64,000 bases of DNA, taken from Myxococcota bacterium (GTDB lineage: Bacteria; Myxococcota_A; UBA796; GCA-2862545). Below are positions 49,019 through 59,200 of this stretch, in pieces. The DNA is taken from positions 79,490-143,489 of the forward strand of contig JBCCQY010000003.1 in the NCBI GenBank assembly GCA_039208735.1, written 5' to 3'. The first letter of the stretch is position 1. The number at the start of each line of letters is the position of its first letter. Position numbers and translations under genes: made by a program. The notes below the pieces were generated by a model. It saw nothing but the letters and a program-made list of their open reading frames with translations, was not told the origin of the DNA and searched no databases.

Positions 49019-50074
49019 TTAGGCTCGCAAGACGGTGTCCCGGAGTTCTTGCCGCAATTGCCGAACCATGGCGTGAGACAATTGGTGGCGGTCGAGGTCG
49101 AGACGCTCGAGGTGGGCGTAGGACTCGGCGTGGGTGAGGAGGTTGGTTCCCCCGAGGTCGGTGAGGGGCGTTTTGAGCCCAAGTTCTTGGAGCTGGGGGA
49201 GCCAATGGGCTTCGTGCAATCGGTTGAGCAGTGCGTCTGCGAAGGGGCAATTCGCAAGGACCAACCTCCGAAGGGACGGTAGGGGGTGCGTCAATAGGTG
49301 ACGAAAATGGTCCAGCGGCGCGTTGTTGTCGTCGCGGCGCATGCCAAACCACAGTTCCAGCTCTTCAAGGGCGGGCAGGTCGGCGGTGCTTAGCGAGTTG
49401 ACCACCGGTTCCGACAGTCCCCCCGTCATCAGTTTCAGCGAACGAAGTTGGGGGTGGCGGAGTTCGCCGAGGTCGCTCACCTGGCCCTCGCACGTCAGCG
49501 AACGCAGGTGAGGGGACGCTTCGATCAACGGGGGCAGATCGGGCACCATTGCACCGTCGATGTTGTAGTCCCCGACGTAGATCCTACGAAAGGGAAGCGG
49601 GGCGGCGCGTACAAGGGCCTCGATCAGTCCTTCGTAGCGAAACCATCGAAAGGGGGCGACCCTCAACTCGAGTTCGGTGACCACGCAGCCTACGGGCTGA
49701 CAAAGCAGTCGTTCGAGCAGCGCGGGCATCCATTGGGCGCCGGGCCAGTTCGATTCGAGGCCGCTTGCCGCGCAGTGGACGCGGAGCATCAGGATGTGGC
49801 CGTGCCGAAAGTGAGCTGAAATCCTTGGAAACGCGCCGGTTGATTCTTCGACGGTCACGACGCCGGCGTGATCGACCTGCACGGACTGGCCAAACCAGCC
49901 CGGAGCGTGCGCCTTGAGCAACGCCGTTTGGCCGGGCCCCGGGCCCGCATCCGCGATCTCCGCCCTCGGATCTCCGCGCTCTCTTAGGCGGTCGAGCCAA
50001 ACGTTCCAGGTGGTGACATCGCTCGGATCGTTGCGAAGCGCATCCATGAGCGCAGAATCCCAAACCTCGGCCAC
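49019..50074 (-). CDS. TIGR02996-type N-terminal domain plus leucine-rich repeats
   Basis: ALRNDPSD..W.VW.D.L.ERGDPRAE; LxxLxL repeats (LPALEELELWFG, LERLDL). Confidence 0.85.
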   Translation of the reverse strand: MAEVWDSALMDALRNDPSDVTTWNVWLDRLRERGDPRAEIADAGPGPGQTALLKAHAPGWFGQSVQVDHAGVVTVEESTGAFPRISAHFRHGHILMLRVHCAASGLESNWPGAQWMPALLERLLCQPVGCVVTELELRVAPFRWFRYEGLIEALVRAAPLPFRRIYVGDYNIDGAMVPDLPPLIEASPHLRSLTCEGQVSDLGELRHPQLRSLKLMTGGLSEPVVNSLSTADLPALEELELWFGMRRDDNNAPLDHFRHLLTHPLPSLRRLVLANCPFADALLNRLHEAHWLPQLQELGLKTPLTDLGGTNLLTHAESYAHLERLDLDRHQLSHAMVRQLRQELRDTVLRA

Positions 50075-50196
50075 ACGGGTCTCCCAACCTCATTGTATCG
50101 GGACGGGGGAGCTGCTTTGTAGGACCGTGACTTGGCCATGGCATCAGGGCAGCAGCGCTAGGAGGACGCGTTACCCGCTTCCGCGAGGAGGGAAGC

Positions 50197-51630
50197 ATGC
50201 GTCTTCGTCTGCCACTGCTGCTTGGACTTGGGTTGATCGGCTGCCCGACGGTGCCGCCACCGGTGGTGCCCACGCCCACCGACACCTCGGAGCCTACCGA
50301 TCCTTCGGGTGACACCTCGGATCCGACGGACACCGATGACCCTGAAACGGGCATGGACACGGGAATGCCGGCCTCGCCGTGCGAAGCGCGTTCCGATGTC
50401 TCGAATGCCGCGGTGGTCGCGCCGAATGGGGTAGATACGTCGACTTGTGGGGCAGCGGACGCACCGTGCGCCACCCTTGCGCAAGCCTTGGCGCGCGCGG
50501 ACGCCCAAGGGTTGGCCCGCATCGCGCTGGGACAGGGTGTGTACGAGGTTCCGACCTTCGCGTTGCAAGCGGGGCTCACCATCGACGGGGGCTTTGTTCG
50601 GGTCGACGGAACGCTGGAGGCACGCTGCGACCTCGACGCGACGCAGAACACGATCCTGCGGGCGTCGTCGGGCATGAACACCACGCTGGTGGCGGAGAAC
50701 TTGGGCGGGGAAGCACGGTTGGAGTACCTCACGGTGGCGAGCCGGACGGCGCCTGCGTCTACGGCGGAGTCGTTCTACGGCATTCGGGCGGTGGGCTCGA
50801 CGACAACGCTGCGTCTGGAAGGCGTGAACATCACGGTGGGCGATGCCGGAGACGGCGCTCCAGGGTTTGTGGGCCCCGATGGCAACGATGGATCGGGCAC
50901 CTGCCCGAGCAGCAATGGGCAGGGCGGGGGAACCGCTGCGGACGGTACGGCGGGCCAGGGCAGCTACGGTTCGAACGGATTTGTACCGGGCAACGGCCAG
51001 CAAGGGAGCAACGGCATTGTCGGAGCTGCCGGAACCGAAGGGGCGGTGCCGAGTCCCGCCACCGCGGATTGTGAGGACGTGGTGGCGGCCAACAACACCT
51101 GTGGCTGTGACATCGTGAGCGTCCCCATTCCCCGTGGTTCCGGCGGGTGTGGCGGTGATGGCGGCACCGGCGGCCAGGGCGGCGGCGGCGGCGGGGCGAG
51201 CATCGGGCTGTTCGTGTGGGACGCCACGGTCATCGCGAACGGTGGTGAGTGGGCGAGTGGTTCCGGTGGTGACGGCGCGAGCGGTGGCCTTGGAGGACAA
51301 GGCGGCGACGGTGCGGCGGGCGGAACGCCGAACCTGCAGTGCGCCCAGAACTGCATCGATGACGATTGCCCGGACCCGAGTGCGAGCAACACCTGTTCCC
51401 AGACGTCAGACTGCCGGACCTTCGACGGGATGAACATCCCAGGAACTCCAGGTGGAATCGGTGGAGTTGGCGAAGATGGGGGCAGCGGCGGCGGCGGGGC
51501 GGGTGGAGACTCGTTCGCCGCCTACGTGGGAGGAACCGGCCAGGCGACCCTCAACGTGACGTTGTCGTCGGGTGGGGCAGGCAACGGCGGACCTGGGGCC
51601 CCCGACGGGACCGCATCGGGCCAGAACTGA
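50197..51630 (+). CDS. PGRS-like Gly-rich myxobacterial lipoprotein
   Basis: Lipobox LIGC, PTD repeats, CG.ADAPCATL, GGCGG.GG.GG.GGGASIG motifs. Confidence 0.85.
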   Translation: MRLRLPLLLGLGLIGCPTVPPPVVPTPTDTSEPTDPSGDTSDPTDTDDPETGMDTGMPASPCEARSDVSNAAVVAPNGVDTSTCGAADAPCATLAQALARADAQGLARIALGQGVYEVPTFALQAGLTIDGGFVRVDGTLEARCDLDATQNTILRASSGMNTTLVAENLGGEARLEYLTVASRTAPASTAESFYGIRAVGSTTTLRLEGVNITVGDAGDGAPGFVGPDGNDGSGTCPSSNGQGGGTAADGTAGQGSYGSNGFVPGNGQQGSNGIVGAAGTEGAVPSPATADCEDVVAANNTCGCDIVSVPIPRGSGGCGGDGGTGGQGGGGGGASIGLFVWDATVIANGGEWASGSGGDGASGGLGGQGGDGAAGGTPNLQCAQNCIDDDCPDPSASNTCSQTSDCRTFDGMNIPGTPGGIGGVGEDGGSGGGGAGGDSFAAYVGGTGQATLNVTLSSGGAGNGGPGAPDGTASGQN

Positions 51631-52215
51631 GCCTCACGTTGGCACGATGGCCGACGGAGTCGATCGGGTCCGCGTGTTGAACCATCGCTGGACGAATACC
51701 TAATCCTCTGATGAGACTTCAAACGACCCGAATTTCCGGTGCAGGTTGCAGGCCATGACGAAAGGCCGAGAACGACCGTCGTCACCCTCGTGGGATTGTC
51801 GTCACTGCCGCTCTTAGCGTCGCGTTCGCCTTCGATGCGATGAAGAACGTAAGTCACTCGTGTTGGAAAATCCAGAAATTGACGGCGTATTTCCTGCGCT
51901 GGGTGAGGCATCATCAAAACTACGGGCCTGACGAACGTCCATTGACGACTGTCGTCACCCCACAAGCCTGTCACAGTGAGGATCCTGGCTCGACTCTCGT
52001 CTTTGCCTGACGAAGGTCGTTTACTCGACCCACTGGAAATAGCACAATCCGGTGGCACACCTCCTGCAACTGCTCTCCTCGTTGACGAGCTGGGTTGGCA
52101 ACGGCGTTTCATGCCGATGCCCTGCATGTCAATAGGAAAGGAGTGATGTGAATTCTCAGGATGTGAAGACAAAAACCAGGGCGGGAATCTACTCAAAGGA
52201 AGCATTTGCGAACGC

Positions 52216-53283
52216 ATGTTTGCCGCAGTCGCACAGGTGGGGTACCTCTCGTGTCTCAGCAAATTTGGAATGTTTGGAGGATTTGTGCGCTCGATGAGTG
52301 CGTGGACTCGTGCGGGTCGCTGGGTGCGACGCGAAGTGGATTGGTTTGTCTGGGTCTTTGTTATCTGGGGATTGAGCCAAAGCCTTCAGCATGCCCAGGC
52401 GTCAAGCTTCGAGGTGGTCGAAGCTGACCAATTCGAGGGCGGTTCGATCGACCCGCTGCAGAGCGACCAACTCAAACAACAGGTGCTTTCCTTCACGTTC
52501 CCCTTGCTGGAGAGCCCAGACGGCCTGACCCCGACCGTCGCCTTGCAGTACGAACCCTCGCGGACAAACGGTACCGTCGGGGCGGGTTGGTCGCTTACGC
52601 CACAGTCCACCATCACGACCCACTCCCGATTAGGTGGCGCGCCTGAGTGGGATGTCAACGACATCTTCAAAGTCGATGGCGTGCGCCTGAAACCGACGGG
52701 GAGTGGTCACTACGTACCGCTGTACGTGAATGGATGGGTCTACGAACGCCAGAACAACCAAGAGGCCTGGGTTGCAACCTATCAGGGGCAGCAGAAAGTC
52801 TATGGCCATCTCGACCCAGGAACCGCTTGCGGACAGCCAGGATGGTCGACACGACCAGGCTGGCTCCGCGGTAAGGAAACGTGCAATATCGTCCAATGGC
52901 TACAGATGCGCCAAACCGATGACTTCGGCAACGCCATCGAGTACGGCTATACCCGATATGAGGACCGTCCCTATCTCACCGAGATTCGATATAATATCCA
53001 CGGAGCGGATTACTTCAAGGTCGAGCTAGCATACGAGGATCGGCCGGACGTCCGGGACGACTACCGCACGGAGCGTCTTCGCCCGATCTCCAAGCGCTTG
53101 GCGTCGGTCCGAGTGTCAACACACCGCGCCGGCATCGACTATGCAGTCTATCACTACGACCTCGAGTATGAAGCGTCGGGTGTAGGCGTGCAGTCGCTAC
53201 TGACGAGCATCGTGCAACAAGGGTTGGATGATGCGGGGGAACCCCACCGGAAATACTGTGCCGTTGCGGCGCTTCACGTATGA
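52216..53283 (+). CDS. N-terminal SpvB/TcB-like part of the giant RHS toxin (frameshifted)
   Basis: Signal-like hydrophobic stretch, GLTPTVALQY..NG.VGAGWSL, W.....DDFGNAIEYGY, YLTEIRY; frame switches at G5 53235-53239. Confidence 0.85.
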   Translation: MFAAVAQVGYLSCLSKFGMFGGFVRSMSAWTRAGRWVRREVDWFVWVFVIWGLSQSLQHAQASSFEVVEADQFEGGSIDPLQSDQLKQQVLSFTFPLLESPDGLTPTVALQYEPSRTNGTVGAGWSLTPQSTITTHSRLGGAPEWDVNDIFKVDGVRLKPTGSGHYVPLYVNGWVYERQNNQEAWVATYQGQQKVYGHLDPGTACGQPGWSTRPGWLRGKETCNIVQWLQMRQTDDFGNAIEYGYTRYEDRPYLTEIRYNIHGADYFKVELAYEDRPDVRDDYRTERLRPISKRLASVRVSTHRAGIDYAVYHYDLEYEASGVGVQSLLTSIVQQGLDDAGEPHRKYCAVAALHV

Positions 53284-56200
53284 TGCCGACGCCCATCCGA
53301 ACGCCTGGACCACCGAGGCGGCGTGGCGAGGAACGACGTCGTGGGCTGCCGAGCAAGCGCTGCAGGTCTGGAATGCAGATCAGACCGCGCCCATGGCCCT
53401 TTCCCCCCAGACCATCTTGGACGAGTTGGAGTTCTCTGACAAGGAGGACAGTGCCCGAACCCTCACGCTGCTCGAAGACATCGATGGGGACGCAATCCCT
53501 GACCTGATCGTACTCAACGACCAAGGCCCGCTCGGCAATTTCGTTGACCATCGGGTGTTCCTGAACCGCCCCGACCAAAACGGCGTTCCGCAGTTCATCT
53601 TCAATTCCCAAAACAGCGACGCGCTTAGCTACATCATCGCATCGTTACCGATCTCGAAAGTCCGCTTCATTGACCTCAACCGCGATGGGCGAACCGACAT
53701 TGCGGTTCGAGCACATCCCTTTCACAGTGGTGGAACCGTTGTCTTCTTGGGCGGGCGCGCCCGTCCTGGGGAGACCGCGGGCTTTCGCATGTCGGCTCCT
53801 GGCGTTGCGCCGGCGCACATCATGGTCGATGGACCTGATGCAAACCGCAAGTTCGCCGATCTCAATGGAGATGGTGCGCCAGACCTGGTCGAACAGAACA
53901 CTTGGCTGCCTAACCGTGGCGATGTATTATTTGTAGGCCCCGGCGTACCCCATTTTTTCGACACGCGAACCGGGTACGACCTCAGCGTCGACGATCCCGT
54001 GATCCAAGCGGCAAGCCTCTATCAGCGGTTTGCACCTTTGTTGGCTAATGGAAGTGAACCGCCGGCGAGCTGCATGTCGCCTGGAGACACTGCGCGTGAG
54101 GTGATTAGCGAGCGCGGCCTGGTGGCCTCTGACGACCCGGACGACCCGAGCCACTTGGACGGTTCATTGGTGACGCCGGAGGAATGGTTGTGGCGACACA
54201 CGAGCCACGGCGATGTGAATGGAGACGGCTACGCGGATCGGCTCATCAACGTCACCTGGCTACGCCAGCATGAAGACGAGTGGGTGGAGGACCCGGACTG
54301 CGGCCGTACAGAAGCGGTGCTTTTGGGAGATGGCACCGGTGCCTTCTACGAGGTGCCCTATGCCACCGGCGGTCCAGGCTCCACCGTCACGCAGCTAAGG
54401 ACGCTCAAGATTGGTGGTCTTGAGGACCAAGACGCAACGGCCAGGTTCGACTTGCCGGTCAACCACTTCAGCTTTTCGGATATCGATGGGGATGGTCGCT
54501 TGGAGGCCCTGAACCGTTGCGGTGGCCCGTTGCTCACGGACCCTATCGAAGTCCTTCATCACCGAGGGCAAGGCCTAGGGTTTGACTGCGGTGCGTTTCA
54601 GACGCTCACCGAAATCCCCCTATCTTGGATAGGCCCGCTTCCGTTGAGCCAGCAGAATACCACCTTGGTGGACCTCAACGGAGATGGATTTCCCGATGGC
54701 TTTCGGGGCCCCAATCCGATCGAAGATCTTGGTACCCAGCTCACAGGAGGGGACTGGAGTTCGCCCTATCCAGTACAGCAAGGGGCGGTGTGGTTTCGTA
54801 ACCAACGCCAGGTTCACCACAATCGTCTCGCGTCCGTTCGCCTGCCGAAGGGAGGCCTGACCACGCTGGTGTGGGGTCAGTCGGCGATGTATGCCGAGGA
54901 CAATGGGCCCATCAGCCAGCCTGTTCTTCGCTCACTATCTGGCCCTGACGGCACCTATAACTTCGAGTATGAAGGCGGAACCTTCGGTCATGGTGAGTTT
55001 CTCGGCTGGGAAAAAGTCACCACGCGGGAGCCGACCGGAGCCTACCGGGTTCAAACCAACGCCACAACGCTCGAGCTGAAGGGCAAACCATGGACGAACG
55101 AAATCTACTTCGCCAATGGCGCGCTCAAGCAGATGAAGGTCTTCGTCTACGATCGCATCGATCGAACAAACCCGCTTCCGCTGTCTGTGCCGCCGTTCGA
55201 GGTCGGGTATCAGCGAATCTGCACCTTCGAGTCCGACGAGCAACATGGGGGCATTGCCTTCGACCGGCTCACGCTCATCCGCCATTGCTTCGAGTTTGCA
55301 GAGGAAGGCAACGTATCCGTTGACGCGTTCACCGATGATCCCTCGCAAACCTATGTGACGCCTGACAGCCCCATTTGGGTGTGGGAGAGCATCCCATTTT
55401 GGTTGCACAGGCTGATGCGCTACGGCATTGATCCTGACCAACTTGAATCCTGGTCTAACCTGACTCCCGCCGAACTACAGTTGCTTTGGGAACTCAGCGG
55501 TGTTCTGGAGGGCCACTCTCTAGCCGCCATCACGGGAATTCCGTCAGCCAGCCACATCACGGTTGCGCAGCAGGACGGTTCAGCGCAGGCCATGGATGCT
55601 TACTTTGCCGACCAATCGAGTGCGATGCTCGGCCAACTCGGAACGCTCAACGTGGAGCTGATGGACTGGTCGACGGATACGCCCCTGACGCTTACCGTTC
55701 CCCCGGTTGCAAGCCTGCCGTCTCGCTACCGGTTTTACGTGACTGAAGTCGATTGGTATGCCCTGCATCATCCCAGCGTGATTCGGTACCTACGGGATGT
55801 GTCCCTTTCCGACGACAGCCGGCAGGTGGCCTACGACTACTACAACCCGGTTCCTGGTGACTTCGACGGGCTCCGTTTGGAACGTATGACGGAGGGCGTC
55901 GTTGGTGGCAATCCGGCCAATGCGGAGCGAGTGACGGTTTACGAGAACACGGGAACCCACCCGTACCAGGGCTCACGCTGGCGGGAACGGATTGAGCTGA
56001 CGCGTGCGGGGCAGCCGGTCGAACTCGCGGACCACACCCAAGTGACCCAGCGCGTCCAACGGCGAACCTTCGATGCGCGCGGCCGGGTGATGGAAACCCT
56101 GCCCCCACAGGGCGCCCCCACCCTGTACGCCCACGGGTTTTGTGGTCTCGAAAGCACGACGCGGAACGAGCGGAACGAGGTCATCACCTACGACAACCAC

Positions 56201-59200
56201 TGTCGATTGGTGTCGACGGTGGATGAGGTCGGCCTCACGGTCACGCATCGGTACGATGACCTTCAGCGGCCCTTGGGGAGCGTTGAAACGACACCAACCC
56301 TGGAAGGGGTTTTGGTCATGGACCAGGGCACCATCCTCATCGACGAGGATGGGGGAGATGCGGGGGCAGGACAACCCGCGTCCGTGAAGGTTCAAGCCCA
56401 CATTGACGGGATCGATACACTCACGCGAATCTTTGAGGATGCCTGGGGCCGGGTCGTCCGCGAGCAAGTATGTGAGTGGGACCGCACTTGTCCCGCTGGC
56501 CTCGACCCACTCGATTGCCCTGGAGACTTGGCCGTGGCCTTCGCCTGCAAGACCACCGCAGGCTCGCCCAATGTTGTTCGCACGTTTGCCTATGACTCCT
56601 TCGGCAACCTCTCTTCCGAGACGGCTTGGCACGAGCCGCAGGAGACAAATCCGTCAACCCTGTCCTATCACTACGATGAGTTTGGTCGGCAGACGCGTGT
56701 GGACCGTCCCGACGGCAGTTGGACGGAAACGAGTCGAAGCCTAGGTTCCATCCGCCACAACCACAGCGACCTTCGAACGGTACGCTCGTCGCTCAACACC
56801 TTGGCGAGCACGACCGAACGACGCAACGCCACGACCGGCCAATGGCAGCGGACATCTCGGTCGATCTTCGACCGCTACAAGCGGAAGAACCTTGAAGAGG
56901 ATGCGTTGATTCAGCGCACCACGTTCGAATACGATGGATTGGGACGGCTGAAGCGGGTCGCGCCCCCGCCGGTGGACATCGTCGAATGTGACGGCACCAC
57001 GTCGAGCCTCATCCCTGACACCATCACCTACTACGACCTTGTCGACCGCGAAGCACGCGTCCGCGATCCGTCGGGCCATGAGACGCGGACGACCTATGAT
57101 GCGCTCGGCCGCGTGACGCGAGTCGCACGAGCCAAGATGAGTTCAACCGGCGTGCAGCAAGGCCTCGAACCGCTCCGCCAGCACGCATACCGATTGACGT
57201 TTCTGACCGATTCTATGGGCGCCCCATTTCCCGTCCGGGAAGTGCGCGACATCGACCGATTGGGGGCCATCACCACTTCTTGGCTCCACAGCTGGGGGGA
57301 GCCATGGAAGGTGCAGCATCCGGATGGTACGACTGCACGCTACACCTATGATGGGCGAAAGCGACGAACCGAAAGCCGTCAGGCGTACGACGGCAAGGAT
57401 CGCGTCGTGACCCTTGAGTACGACCACTGGGACCGGGTCGTTCGTCAGGTGCGGTCCTTTGGAGGTGCAGGACAACCTTCGATCAGCCACCTTGCCTACG
57501 ATGCAAGGGGTCACCTCGTGCGTGAGGAGGACCCCGATGGGCAGGTGACCCATCACGAATTCGACGCCCTGGGCCGGGAGACGCGAACGCGGTTGGGGGC
57601 TGACCCGAACACCGCCCTTGAATCCTCGGCGTTCACCTACGACCTGCTGGGTCGAATGGAGACCCAAACCGAGTCGGGAGCCGTAACGAAGTACGAGTAC
57701 GACGGCTTTGGCCGCACCGAGCGGGTTCTCGAAGGCTACGATGGCACCGATGGCCTCGTTACCACGACCTCAGAGTATGACGCCGCTGATCGGGTGACCG
57801 CGGTCATTGACGGACTCGGTCAGCGCGAAGAGCGCACGTTCGATGCCTTGGCTCGTGTCACGCGGATTGACCGGAAGGATGCCCAGGGCACCATCGTGTC
57901 GAGTACCGATTTTGGCTACGACGAAGCCGGACGGGAGTCTCGGATCAACGCAGACGGCCTGACGTCATGCCGAGAGTACGACTTTTTGGACCGTGTGACA
58001 TCTGAGCGACCTCGCGGGGCTGTTGAGCCCACGCTGTACAGCTACGAAAAGAGCCCCACTCACCCGGTGACGACTCGGGTGCTCAGCGGCGAGGCCACCA
58101 CAGTGACCTCTCCCGGTGGAGGCTTCATCCGAACCTACGTCGACGCCATGGGGCGGGTGCATCTGACCGAGACGCCCTCGCTGCTGACCGAGGAGATCTA
58201 CGATGCAGACGGTCGGCTCATTCGAGAGGAGCAGCGATCGGCCACGAACGTGGGCCCAGTGCTTCGAGAGCGAGGATATGCCTACGAGCCCTACAGCGCC
58301 CGACTCCAGACGACGACCGATTGGGTGCCCGCTGGAAAGGCAACGGTTTGCCTCAACACCTCGGGGAACTGTCCGTCGGCGACGCAGACTCAGACGCATA
58401 CGCTCGGAGACCGCATCGCCACGTCCACAGATGGCAATGGCAACCAAACCACGTACACCTACCTTGCTGGCAGCGCGTTGTTGGATGAGGTCACGGTCCA
58501 GGATGTCACAAAGACCAAGCACCTCTACCACACACAGTACCCGTTCGTGGAACGTCAGCTGGAAGGCAAAGCCAATCCTATTGACGTGACATTTGTCCGA
58601 GACCGGAACTTTCGAATCGAAAAGACGGTTCGTACCCTGGCGGGGCAGCCAAACGAGGAGACACGGCTCGATTATGACGCGCTGGGACGGGTGACAGCCG
58701 AGCACCGGTACGTTGGGACAACCCACGAGTCCACCGTGACGTCGGCCTACGATTCACGGGGGCAGCTGTCGCGACGCTCCACTCAGGTGCATGCCCAAAG
58801 TGGGCCCCAGATGGCTGTCGACTACACCTATACCGCTGCGGGCCTACTAAACACCGCGACCTACGCAGGGAGCAACAACGTCGCCACGTACCATTATGTG
58901 GCCAACACGGCCCGTTTGGCACAGGTGACGGTCGACAACCCAGCTCAGCCTGGTCCGGCGCAGTCGGTGTACCGCGTACCCGCTGGGAAATACGAACCGG
59001 ATGGACAACCGAACTACATCCAGTTGGGTCCATTGGATGGAAGCAATCAGCCGCTAGCAGACATCGTGCGAACGTTCGACACGACGACGCGCCGGTTGAG
59101 TCACCAGGCCTACACCCTAGGGACTGGAGCCCACCAAGAGCAGTTCCAGGAGACTTATACCTTCGATGCGCTCGGGCACCTGAACGACATTTCACGGAAC

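Noticed and set aside
51522..52262. 246-aa minus-strand ORF upstream of the RHS gene
   Set aside because: No motifs, atypical composition, overlaps genes at both ends; likely a lower-GC promoter or island boundary.
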